The notes: generated by a model not told the origin, from the letters alone. A stretch of 63,618 nucleotides of DNA, filler included, from Collodictyon triciliatum (GCA_043381765.1; 12 parts of 12 records of this genome joined end to end with filler, not necessarily neighbours in it), one strand, 5' to 3'. Shown: positions 13,853 to 25,900, numbered from the whole stretch's first letter. Numbers and translations: made by a program.

Positions 13853-14649
13853 TCACATTATTTGCTCCAGTTCTGTGCGGGCATCAGACCGCTTCGACGC
13901 AGCCAGCAACTGGGAGGCCTGTTCGGATGTCAGAGTGGCTCCCACCACGACTCCGTAGACGCTGAGCCAGGAGGTGAGGTAGCAGGCGATGTGGTGTCCT
14001 TCAGACGCGGTCGACGGGGATTCCGACTCTCGCAGGTGACTCATGACATTCGCCGTCTCGCATGGGTGAATGAAAAAGTATGGTCGTCCCAACGCCGGAT
14101 GTTCCTAGATTTTACAGTGCCCATAAGGGTTAGGCGCAGTTATGACTGCGGTTGCCGGATGCGGTTCATGCCAGTGTCGGTTTGAGGCGGCTTACGGCGT
14201 AGGAAAAGAAGATGTGCCGGGTGTTTGGATTCCTATGGTGTTGAGGCACCATCTCCCAGTGCTCTTCGTGGGTCAGGGTTCGGCCGTCTGATGGGGAAAT
14301 CATAGGGACATATGAGTGCAAAGGAGCCCGGAATAGCAGCAAGTTCCCTTGTTCAATCCTTCCTTTCCTTCCTTTCCTTCCTTTCCTTTTTGACACAACC
14401 CAAAGGCTGCGCAAGGATAAATGATATTCATGGGCCTATGTCGGTGGGGTCTACAAACCTCGGTCTTGCCCGTGGAAGTAGAGTACCGGAACTGCAAACA
14501 CCGTGGAGTATACAATGTGATATTCGTAGAAGAATTCAGTCGGTGCGGCGCTGGGCAGTGCTTGACTTTCGGATAGTCGAGCTGTCATTGTGGAAGGAAG
14601 TGCCAGCGCATCCTCTGCCTCCTGAACTCCACAGATGTTGAGCACAGCT
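13853..14649 (-). CDS. ATG10: ubiquitin-like conjugating enzyme ATG10 (3' exons, partial)
   Basis: YEYHIVYSTVFAVPVLYF, EHPALGRPYFFIHPCET (catalytic HPC), YLTSWLSVYG. Confidence 0.9.
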
Positions 14650-15706
14650 TCTCAAAAGCCAGAAAAAAAAAGAGGAAAAAAAAGAGGAAAAAAAAGAGGA
14701 AAAAAAGAGGAAAAAAAAAAGAGGAAAAAAAAAGAGGAAAAAAAAAGAGGAAAAAAAAGAGGAAAAAAAAGAGGAAAAAAAAGAGGAAAAAAAAGAGGAA
14801 AAAAAAGAGGAAAAAAAAGAGGAAAAAAAAGAGGAAANNNNNNNNNNNNNNNNNNNNNNNNNNNNNNNNNNNNNNNNNNNNTTAATTAATTAANNNNNNN
14901 NNNNNNNNNNNNNNNNNNNNNNNNNNNNNNNNNNNNNAAAAGAAAAGAAAAGAAAAGAAAAGAAAAGAAAAGAAAAGAAAAGAAAAGAAAAGAAAAGAAA
15001 AGAAAAGAAAAGAAAAGAAAAGAAAAGAAAAGAAAGAAAGAAGAAAAGAAAGAAAGAGTGAACATCTATCAGCAGTGCTTAGAATAAGTAGGAAACCAAG
15101 GAAAAGGAGAACAGGTCAAAGGAATATCGGACAGATCGCGCCTCGACACCAGACACCCTGCCATCGAAAGACAAGTGGCATCCAGGCGTCAATGCCGATG
15201 GTCTTTTCTTCTATGCGCAACTTGCGGCGTTGTGGATATCGGCCGTGTATCCGCAGTCTTTCCGGCAGAAGTGCAGAGGTGGGATCCAAAAGGTGGAATG
15301 AAATGAAACAGGACTAAAATAATGCTAAATAGAAGAGAGCCCGATGACTCCAGCGCTGTCAACACCCAACGAGAGACCGACGATCACAACACATCAAAGA
15401 GCATCGAAACTGCACACATTCATCGCACTAGGGTTGCAGTGCTGCAGAAACCCGCCTCTTCCGCGTAACCACACCAAAAAAGGTATGAATACCGGGGAAG
15501 CACCCAGAATTAGACATCCGTGCGGCCACACGCTTTATTTTTGTCTCGTTTTTCTTTCGTTTCTTTTTCTTTTTCTTTTTTTTTCTTCTTATTTTTCTGG
15601 TGATTGACAGCGATTGGAGAGACAAAAGGAGCGCTTCGAAAGGAAGTCATATTTACGGGTGTTACCCGCGTTTGTTTGGTCCGAGCAGATTTTGACAGGT
15701 GTAAGC

Positions 15707-17614
15707 TTACAACAAACCCATGGCCAGCGCGGATATGTGGCATTGAAGGAGGACATACGACTGGTCAGCAAGAAGGCGCCGATGCGCTTGGACAATCCAG
15801 GGCTGCATGCGCTCTTGAGTTAGGCGAGGAAGCTTCTCGAATTCCTGGACAGCTGCATGTAAGTTGTTTTCATGGAAAAGGAGGTACTCGGCAGATTGCA
15901 ATCGCTGGTGTGGGTGGAGTTTGCTGTCTGGTGTTGCCTCGACGATCATCTTGGCGTTGTCAATCGAAGGAATAATCAGAAAGTAGTTGGCAACGTGCGA
16001 AAACAAATGGGCGAACACACCACCCGATCCGTAGCCCAGCAGCATATTGTAAGTCCTGGTATGTTCACTGTCAACTGGGTTTGATGGGGAGCTTGACGGG
16101 GCTGGAGCATTTGGGACATCCGGGTGGATGGCGTAGCGGTATAAATCTTCCCGCATTTCTTTGTATGTAACCTGAAGAGATTTCAGATTCATAACACCGT
16201 CAGCCAAAGGCCTGAGCGATTCCACAGCGACGTCTACCAAGGTATCCTGTTCCTTTGATACAACAGACTTTGATATATCCAACATGACATCCAATTCGTG
16301 GTGGAATGGCGTAACATGGGGGTTGTGCAACGCGCGGTGAATGGAAAATAGAGCAACCCACAAGGAATGAACGCGAGTGATGTCTTGCGCAAATGAAATG
16401 CGCTGGTCAAGGAGGTGTCCTAATTGTTGCACGCGGTCTTCGATTCCTTTCTCTTTTTCCTGACGATTTGACGCCTCGGATGCGAATCGCTCCTGCACGT
16501 ACGAAATCTCTTGTTCAAGTCTGTTTTGCCAAACACGGGATAAGTTAGTTTCTTGCCATTGAAGCTTCTCTTGCACATAGTTTTTCCATTTCTCGTCCCG
16601 AGACTTTATGATCTTTTTCGCCTCTTCGTATTGCTCATCCATTTTTCCTTTGTACTCCGCCTCGATTCGAGCGATCTCTACTGAAAGACGATTGGAAAGC
16701 TCAGCCTCTACACGTTGGCGGAACTCACCATCTTCAACATCCGTCTTACTTTCTTTTTCAGCATCAAGTTCAACACTTTGTTGGATATCCTCAACAACAA
16801 TTTCGCCAGTAGCAGTCGCAGGAATGGCCTCGTCACCCAAGAGACTAATTCCTAACGCAAGCTCCATATCAGACGGGTTTTCCATGGGTGGATTTGTTTC
16901 TGCAGGTTGGATGACTGTTGAGGTTGATGGGGTGTAATCTTCCTTCTGGGTATCACTATGCTGATTTGCAACATCCTCAGCAACTGCAACATTAGACTCG
17001 ACGGGCTGAATTGTATTCTCTCTCTGTTCTTCCTGAACTTCTGGAACTGTTTCAATCACGGGTAATTCAGCAGAGTCAACTTGAACATATGATTCTAGCG
17101 AGACAGAGCCTGCTTCCCCACTCGAGTCACTGGTTGAGGACGGCTGCAGCTGGTTCTCTGTTTCTGTAACTACATCATTCTTTTCGTCATCAACACCGGG
17201 GCGAGCATCACTCACTGCAGGAACGTCAGAGTCCAGAAGTCTGCTCTGGGACTCTTTTGGCGGAGAAAGAGGCTCTGCTTGCTTGTGGATAATGCCCTGG
17301 AAGAGAAGCACTTTGTCCTGCAGCCAATCCACATATGCGGGCGGGACAGAGTTGTTCACTGTGGCCGAGAAAGCCGGGATATGTGCGTAGGCCGCAGCTC
17401 CGCCCAGCGGGACAACAATCCCCACGAAAGCAAGCGAGGCGATAAGTCGACCGAAGCCGCGGTTTGTTGGTTTCGGTGTTTCTGGCGGCGTTGCACCAGT
17501 CGTCAATAAGCGCAGAGTGAGTGGAGCAGGCTTTGCTCGGGCGATTTGTGGGAAGGCCGCCGCTGAGGCCGAGTGGGAAACTCGAGCCAAAGATGTTCGC
17601 AAGGCTGCGAGCAT
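15707..17614 (-). CDS. MIC60: MICOS subunit Mic60 / mitofilin, single exon
   Basis: Arg/Ser/Ala-rich mitochondrial presequence, one TM helix, acidic region, long coiled coil, and a C-terminal mitofilin domain (AEYLL...NLHAAVQEFEKL...WIVQAHRRLLADQ). Confidence 0.85.
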   Translation of the reverse strand: MLAALRTSLARVSHSASAAAFPQIARAKPAPLTLRLLTTGATPPETPKPTNRGFGRLIASLAFVGIVVPLGGAAAYAHIPAFSATVNNSVPPAYVDWLQDKVLLFQGIIHKQAEPLSPPKESQSRLLDSDVPAVSDARPGVDDEKNDVVTETENQLQPSSTSDSSGEAGSVSLESYVQVDSAELPVIETVPEVQEEQRENTIQPVESNVAVAEDVANQHSDTQKEDYTPSTSTVIQPAETNPPMENPSDMELALGISLLGDEAIPATATGEIVVEDIQQSVELDAEKESKTDVEDGEFRQRVEAELSNRLSVEIARIEAEYKGKMDEQYEEAKKIIKSRDEKWKNYVQEKLQWQETNLSRVWQNRLEQEISYVQERFASEASNRQEKEKGIEDRVQQLGHLLDQRISFAQDITRVHSLWVALFSIHRALHNPHVTPFHHELDVMLDISKSVVSKEQDTLVDVAVESLRPLADGVMNLKSLQVTYKEMREDLYRYAIHPDVPNAPAPSSSPSNPVDSEHTRTYNMLLGYGSGGVFAHLFSHVANYFLIIPSIDNAKMIVEATPDSKLHPHQRLQSAEYLLFHENNLHAAVQEFEKLPRLTQERMQPWIVQAHRRLLADQSYVLLQCHISALAMGLL

Positions 17615-17882
17615 CCTGCAAGGGAATGGTTGGGTCAAAACAGTTGGCCTCGTCTTCTACTGCTCATCTACCTTTGTATCTTTTCTTTTGTGTGCGTACA
17701 TATATTGTTTGTGTTTCTTTTATTTCGATATTTCCTCTTCCTCCTTCAATTGCCGCTTTTTTTCTTTCTTCTCGGGCTCAAAGAAGGCGCTGATCACGCG
17801 ATGCGGCGCTTTGTTGTGATTGCACCAGCACAGACGCACAGAAAGGAACCGATTCTGGAATTTACATTGATTATCAGCAATT

Positions 17883-18050
17883 CTGCCAATGCGCTTCTAA
17901 ATCACTCAATCACTGATATTTATTGCTTGACAAGAAGGGTTATGGCAGTCTCTCGATTGGTAAACCTGGTTCGCCAGTATCCAAGGTCTCACCACTTTTT
18001 TCACAAGTGTCGTGTAGTGGTGAAGGCTGCCAGGAAAGACCCGACAGCCT
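17883..18050 (-). ncRNA. putative Fanzor omega-RNA (guide RNA scaffold)
   Basis: Four consecutive stem-loops at the Fanzor 3' end; G-U wobble pairs form only on the minus (Fanzor-sense) strand. Confidence 0.55.
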
Positions 18051-18059
18051 ATTGTTTTT

Positions 18060-19811
18060 TAGAGGAAGTGTATGCATTCTTTGAAGGATAAAAAGAGCTT
18101 TGTTGAGTATATTATTAGCGCTGTTAAACTCCCTTATCATGAATACACTTTGTTTGCTTTCTTAGTGATTGCATTCTTTACATATGAGACATCTATACAA
18201 TTTTTTCGAGTTTCCTTTCAGTATTATATATTCCAGTTCTTTTTCGCAGTTAAAACACATCTCGAGGTTCTAATTTTATTTACGCTATCTGTTTCAAAAT
18301 TTTTGGATAGTATTTTTCGTTATCCTCTTCCGATTGTTGCCACAAAATGTTTTATCTGACATTTTCTGCTCCAGTCCCCATACGCCAGTACAACATCCTT
18401 GCCAAATGTCTTTTCGATTCGGTCCATAAACAATGGTTCACTTTTTTTCGTATGAACATACTGTCTCCATCTCGTCTTTCGAAAAGTTCGTTGTTCATAA
18501 AATCTGGAAAATTCTACTGGTATCTTGATTTTATAGATACATATTCTCGAAATTGTTCATAATCGACCGTGCATGAATTATGTTTGCTAAGTTCTGTCTC
18601 TAAATCGACTAAAGATACTCTTGATGTCTCAAACTGCTGATTCTCTTCAAAAGTCATGTGACAAAAAAAAAACATCACTTTGTAAACCTGTTGCCATGCA
18701 TATCCCTGAACAATTGTACTCTGCTTTTCTTTTTTTCTCGCGCAAGAGTATTTTGTGATTTTTAAGAGATTTGCTATCATGTCTTCTTTGGTGTGCCGTG
18801 TAACGTAATTTCTCATCTGTCCCATCCACCATGCAAACAAAATTAAACTTGCCTGCGTCCACTCCAACTATTTTTTTTTTGTCGCTAATAAAGATATCTG
18901 CTCTTCGGAAAGTTCATCCATATACATATTCTTGAGTTTTTTTTTATTATATTTGAATTTTGCATTTGAAATACGTTTCTTTTCAAACAATAATGACACC
19001 GCCAAGCCGTCTGTTTGTATCATGTATTTAAAACTGTAGTCTCTTTGATGAAAACCCTCTTCTTCATTTCAAAGAACTCATCCCACAGTGTCTCTTTGCA
19101 TCCTGATATATTCTTCAGTAATGATGTTTTTCTAGTTAATACTAACAGACAATCAAACATGCAGTATCTAGAGTAATATGACATGACATATTGTTAGTTC
19201 TTATAGAGATGGGTTGAAACAGTTTGGCTCCAATGTCCTCAAAAATGAGACTCATGTAAATCAGACATGGTATGTACTTCTTCGGATTGACTTTGACATC
19301 ATATTTGATACCATTTACAACATCGCTGGGAATGATATGATGCAAATGCGTTGTAGCCCATTCTTTATATTGTTCCGGTATGTGGAGTTTCTTGAAGATG
19401 GCTTTTTTTTTTCGTGACTCTGGCTTTTTAATAGCTCCCGTAATATTCTCATCTTTAGGAACTGTTTGATTTATAAAGCACAGGAACCTCTTAACAAAAT
19501 GTTCCTTAATATTTTTATGATAAGCTGCTAGCATTTGCTTCGCCAAGCACGGTAATACATGAGACAGTCTAACGACCGGAATGCGTTCTTCTCGGGACAA
19601 AAGGAATCGAAAATCATTGAGATAAAAAGTCATCATGCCATCTCTCATTTCTGGATTTTTAAACGTGTGGGTCTACCTTGTGAAACTACTCCGACTGTCT
19701 TTAAAGCATACAAAAAAAAACATTTCATCGGTTGTTGGGAGTTGTTGTGATTTCAATATGTAACATCTTGCAAACAGATAAGTGTCGGTAACCAAATTAT
19801 GACACAATAAA
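18060..19811 (-). pseudogene. Fanzor (TnpB-derived RuvC nuclease, Fanzor1-like), with frameshifts and stops; 5' end cut by the contig edge
   Basis: KYDVKVNP, KLFQPISIRTN..HITLDT, IQTDGLAVSLLF, IVGVDAGK (RuvC-I), LRYTAHQRR, AYGDWS, NKIRTS, ICKEC, IREFNSANNI (RuvC-III); no introns, AT-rich. Confidence 0.85.
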
Positions 19812-20009
19812 NNNNNNNNNNNNNNNNNNNNNNNNNNNNNNNNNNNNNNNNNNNNTTAATTAATTAANNNNNNNNNNNNNNNNNNNNNNNNNNNNNNNNN
19901 NNNNNNNNNNNAAAAAAAAAAAGGAAAAGGAAAAGAAAAAGAAAAAGAAAAAGAAAAAGAAAAAGAAAAAGAAAAAGAAAAAGAAAAAGAAAAAGAAAAA
20001 GAAAAAGAA

Positions 20010-23000
20010 AGGCTGACTGGTAGTTATTTCGCTCTCCTTGATGATTTTCAATAACGGTATAGGGTAAATTTTAACACAACAGATAATTAAGGTTGGCTCA
20101 AGAGACGAAAAACAAGGAGGAAGAGGTATATTACATCATTCACACGTTTCTTAAAGTCACTTTAAATAGTTTGATGGGTATGCCAATATACGAATGCTAC
20201 CTGCTGATGAATGGGCGTGAAGGTAAATTTGGCAGCAGCGTCAACAGCACCAAAGTTAGTACCAATGACAATTAGTTTTTGATCTTTAATTGCAGCTGAA
20301 GAAACTGTAGGAGCTGCAAATCATAAATTGAATTAATACGGTTTTCCTGTTTCCTTAGAAATAAATTGCTTAGATTCGCGTTTAAAACTTTGTATTGATT
20401 ATTCAGAAATGGATGTAGCCAGAGTAGTTGTTTTTACTGAGCTGATGGATCATTTCTTGATTATGCAATTTTTGCTGCGATATGTATTTCTCACCGTCAT
20501 AGTTGAAAACTGATGTCCCAAGTGAGCTCTCTCCAAGTTTAACCTCGACAGCAATGACCGGTTTTTGCTACATTTATTTGAATCATATTTATATCCGCCT
20601 TCCAACAGACGATATTTTGATATTTAAAATTGGTTACATAAAGAAATATACAAACCACAGCACGCAATAGAACGAATAGCTTTCCCAATTCACTTCCTGT
20701 TATATCTGCTGATTTTTCATTTAGCTCTACAGATATCCAGCTTCGTTTGTCCTTGGAAACAGGAGGGAAGTTTGCGATAGGTATTTCGATGACACTGATA
20801 TCAGTGGCTCCGTGAACGGGGATAGGAGGTTTAACAGACCAGCCCGCTAGAGTCAACTCGGGGTGAATGACACACGAATATGTAATAATAAAAAAAGTAC
20901 AAGCCACGATACCATAAGATGATTAGTAATGCCAAAAGAAAAGATGCAAGAGTCTTGTGTTTACAAAATGGTTTGATGTAAATTAAATGGGCAAATATAA
21001 TACATATCGTATCCATTCATTTATTTCAAATAAAGAAGGTAGAAATATTTACGTAGTTCAAAACGCTTTGATGCGAGACTTCCTTGAACAGCAATGATAG
21101 ATAAATCCCTTGCCATATCTCCCAGCTTTTCTTCACGAACCTCGCACACAAGCAAACCTTCAGACAGCCTTGATTGTCTCTTACTATGTCAAACAAATAT
21201 AAAACAAATTTTATGAACGTGAATTTGAAGTCCTTGGCCGAGGATTACGGAGGACTTGGATAAACATCCAAATCCGATAAAAATAAAAGAAATAAGCAAA
21301 AAGCAAGGCGTTATGGTATTTATCGAAAAAAAGAAGAAGCATGTATACTTCATAAAGCAATTTGCATATGGAAACAATATGCTTGGTTCCTTTTCAAAAT
21401 TAATTCCTCTGACTTCAAGAGTATCAATGTCCAAGAATCGAGCGGAGGTAATTTTTAGCTCCACGTCTAACATAAAATAAAATAAGGAAATAATCAGGGA
21501 GTATTTTCAAAGATGTGGAACAAATTCAAAATGTTCTTTTTCTTTCTAGGGATATGGTTCTCATGAAGAAATGAACCATCATAAGTGAACCATGATTCAA
21601 CTAGGGTATCGATGAGTTCAATGGCGAGTCTGCTTTTTCCAAGTCCTCGAGGCGCTGTGCAGACAATTTCCCCGCTGTGTTTCCATTCCACATCACGACA
21701 GGGATGCTCTCCAATCGTAATCGAAATGACATCTGATTCAGATGCACCGAGCATCGTGCCTTTGATCGTAACTGGATAGCCGCCGAGGGCACTTCCGTGG
21801 GCAGGTTCGACCGAGGTGATTTCACAAACTAAGCGAAGTTTATCGAATCAACACATGTAGACGAAGCACTAAGATAATCCTTATATATTTGGTGCAGAGT
21901 TATGATACATATACAATTATCAAGATATACCTCCAAAAAGCCAAATAGCAGGGGGGTTATTCTGCTGACCTCCCACAACGACAACTACGTTTGTAGTGCC
22001 AGTTTTTCCAGCAGGGGTCTCACACACAATTTCTGAATCACTGGTGCTTTTAACATCACAAAAACCAGTCGAGAATTTAACCTTTGATAATATTTGGAAT
22101 ATATATATAATTACAACCCACTTGAGGGTCATATCCGATTATTTGTGTATCAAATACATAGAAAATACGAGAAAAGAGGCTATAACAGAAAAAAAGAGAC
22201 AAAAATAGAAAAAATAGAAAAAATAGAAAAAATAGAAAAAAATAGAAAAAAGAGAGAAAAAGAGAGAAAAAGAGAGAAAAAGAGAGAAAAAGAGAGAAAA
22301 AGAGAGAAAAAGAGAGAAAAAGAGAGAAAAAGAGAGAAAAAGAGAGAAAAAGAGAGAAAGATAGTTAAATGGGAAAATATATATGAAATTGAACATAGTT
22401 GTATTAGGTTTAATCGGAAATGGTTGAGATTCTATGAATGAGAGCTAAATTAACATACTGTCGCATCGCCCATATGTCCGAAGTTCGAACCCATTATTGT
22501 GATAGCCGTTTTACCAGTGGGTGGCCCGCTCAATGGAGAAATTGAGCTTATAACAGGTTCTTTTTGAAGACATCATACTTAGATGAGCGAATAGATACGT
22601 TGGATAACTACTGATGCTTTTTATAATGAAGATATCACAACTCACCATCGTATGAAAATTTGATATCACTTGAGGAGCTTTGACCAGCAACAGTAACTTC
22701 TACTTTCCTTTCCTTACCGATGCCATAGGGCAACGCGCACTCCAAGAGATTTTCATTTTTCCAGCTTGTAAAAATACATGGTTTATCACCGATAGATGCT
22801 GCCGGGATGGAAAATCTCGGTCCAAAGTTGCCTCCTCGAATTGAAACCAAGACGCCTCCAGTAGTTGGCCCCGTTTCAGGCCGAATAGATGATATGTACG
22901 GGGCTAATGGAAGAAAGACAATTCCGTTCAAACGAGAAACCTATCGTCTTTTAAAGAAAACTACGTTCGAATGTAAATGGTAAATTATGAGTGAATTATC

Positions 23001-23655
23001 ATATGACTGATATATCTTAGTTTCAGACCATCGTAAGTGAAGATAACATTTTCTTGACTTTTCTGTCCTCCAACAACAACAGAAACGATATTATTTTTCC
23101 CTGCCCCTTTTGGAGTCATAATTTCCAATGCTGTCAGACTCAACCATTTAACTTGTGGGCTTATATGATCGCCGATGTACGCTGCCACATCAGCGCCTTT
23201 CGGACCAAAATTAATTCCAGTGATTGTGATGAGTTGTTTTCCGCTTGCCGAGCCAGACGACGCAGAGATCTGCTGAATGCTAGGAGCTATGATAGTACGA
23301 GGTTAGATTCATGCTTGATAAGATCGGATGGTGTGAATACCTGGATCAGTAATACATCTAAATCACATTACTGCGCATGTATTGGCAATAATTGGAGAGT
23401 TGATTACAACTTACGGTCATATGAGTAGTACAGGGGATTCGTACTGGCTGTTCCATCAACTGTTACAATCACTGTCAGGTCCTTCCCAACACCAGGTGGA
23501 GTGGAGCAAGTGATTTTTGTGCTGGATACAAGGACGACATTCTCGCAATAATATATTCCAATACTGACACGAATGACGGAATCTTTTGTTCCAAAATTCG
23601 TCCCTTCGATGAGTATGGAAGCCTTCCCGCTTGTCGGCGCAGCTCCTTGGGCTAG
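20010..23655 (-). CDS. IPT/TIG-repeat cell-surface protein (internal exons, partial at both ends)
   Basis: Repeated P.I.SI.P..GPT.GG..ITI.G.NFG...ITC.TPPGVG....V.V.V.GQ.S...FSYD modules, roughly one per exon. Confidence 0.88.
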
Positions 23656-23850
23656 TTGCATAATATGTTCAAAAAAATGCAAGTTTAGCTCTCTTGGCCA
23701 CACTAGAAAGCGAATCCTTCTTTTAGAAAAGTTTGTATTCCTTAAGGTATAAAATATAAAATAAAAAGCAAAAGACAGGAAACATAAGAAACGAAAACAA
23801 ATTGTCACACCCGCGAAGCAAAGGAATCCACACACTAGATGATGATGCTG

Positions 23851-23981
<131 letters not shown>

Positions 23982-24565
23982 GGGGAATAGTCAAGTAATA
24001 AGTTAGGGAGGAGAGGATGATAAAAGGGAACTCGAAGGATTGGATAAGTGTTCTTGCGGAAGAGGAAACTAACCTTTAACCAGATGATCGAGAACCGGCG
24101 ACGGACGTTGAAACTCAAAGTCTTTCAAGGAAGTCTCGTGGAAAAAGAACGGCAGAAGCTCATAACGGAAGTGGAAAAGGGCCAATAACACGAAGCCAAC
24201 AGCAGCAACGACGTACTTTCGGTGCAGCTCGGGCATCAAACCGTTGATCGATTGGAATCCTTACTGAACTTTGTTAAAACAACCTTGCAATAATGTGAAG
24301 AATGTCTTTGAACTTTCTTTTGTATCTGTATGTGTTTGCTCATAGTCTTTTTTTGTTTTTTGTTTTTTTTTTTGTTTTGTTGTTATTTTTTTGTTTTTTT
24401 CCTCCATTCGATTCAAAGCATTTTGTTATTTTGTTATTTTGTGTCTCGACAGCACATAGCGCCAAAGCATCACATCGCCAAATAGGGAGTATTGAAGGAT
24501 GTGTCCCAACACGAAAAGAAACTCCTGGGTTCTGAATTGGCAATATAATGACGCGCTAAAAACGT

Positions 24566-24787
24566 TTGGCAGAAGCTCACTCATTTCTTCTCCTTTATCT
24601 GACGCTCAATCCTCACTCCCTAGGAGCAACGTGCAGAAGACATACAAAAAGCGGCTTCACGTGGAGCAGAATCGACCGCTTCCTCTGTTCAAGGGACTTG
24701 CATGCGTGGTTCAAGAAACTTAAAACAGTCTATTCTGCGCTGTCCGACCACAGTGCTATCCTGGCTAACATCGATTCAGCCGGTGGC
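24566..24787 (+). mobile_element. non-LTR retrotransposon (L1/Tx1-like) AP-endonuclease fragment
   Basis: LNP...T...FTWSRIDRFLCS...SALSDHSAI carries the SRIDR and SDH motifs of LINE APE domains; runs into the contig end. Confidence 0.7.
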
Positions 24788-24887
24788 NNNNNNNNNNNNN
24801 NNNNNNNNNNNNNNNNNNNNNNNNNNNNNNNTTAATTAATTAANNNNNNNNNNNNNNNNNNNNNNNNNNNNNNNNNNNNNNNNNNNN

Positions 24888-24939
<52 letters not shown>

Positions 24940-25411
24940 ACTATAGTTGTTGTATTGCGCGGTTGTAAAGAAAAGGTGAGGAGACATCAAGAAACAGCGT
25001 CCTTTGGTTGCGTAATAGCGCCTGACCGTGAAAGCTGTTTGACAGGGGAGTCAGAAATCTGGGGGCGGTGTTCACTTCTGTGGGCAGTATTACGAGTTTA
25101 ATTGGAGGGGTTTGATCGGAGAGGATGGACAGATCAGCCAACCTCGCCCCTGCTGTGTGCGCCGTGTCTTTCTATCTATACCTTCATCAGCTTATTTTTT
25201 CATTTATAATTTTTTTGAAAGCTTTATTTTATTTTATTTTATTTTATTTTATTTTATTTTATTTTATTTTATTTTATTTTTCCCTTTCCACTCTTTTTAT
25301 TCATTTTTATTCTTGTCTTCCTCTTTTCTCTTTCCTATCCTTTTCCTATCTCTTCTCTATTGAGCTGCGCTATATAGAAAAGATTGACTATGAAGTTTTG
25401 CAGTTTGTGTC

Positions 25412-25837
25412 ATGGAGCAAAAAAAGACGGAATGTAAGAGAACTCTTAAAGCCAAAGAAGTCCCCACGCTGCGAAAACTGGCTTTGAGAATGATTGTTCG
25501 ATATATTCACGGTATTCATGATTCCTGTTTTGCAATGGTTTGCTGTTTGGTTCATGAAATGATATTATCATAAGGTTGTCATGGTTCAAATAGCCAACAT
25601 GTGATGCCTTTTTTTTTTTTTTCATTTTCTTTTTTTTAAGAAAAATTATAATGAAATTGCAGCGCTATCTGAGGTTGGAGATATACCGGATGTTATACTG
25701 GACGAAATACTCCCTTGGTGTTCTGTGGATGATCTAAAAAGAATTGAAGACACGAATCCAGTAATAAATATATTTATTTATTTTTATTATTTCCTTTATT
25801 CGATTCAACGTGATTATTATTATTTTTCCTTTATTCG

Positions 25838-25900
<63 letters not shown>

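Noticed and set aside
15075-15420. GC-rich segment downstream of MIC60
   Set aside because: May be the first exon of a truncated gene; no recognisable motif in any frame I translated
18060-19811. Alternative genetic code explaining the stops in the Fanzor ORF
   Set aside because: Frameshifts and catalytic substitutions co-occur, and host genes terminate with TAA, TAG and TGA, so pseudogenisation is the simpler explanation
23990-24300. Possible LINE 3' end next to the (AAT)n tract
   Set aside because: No reverse transcriptase or zinc-knuckle motif and no TSD found
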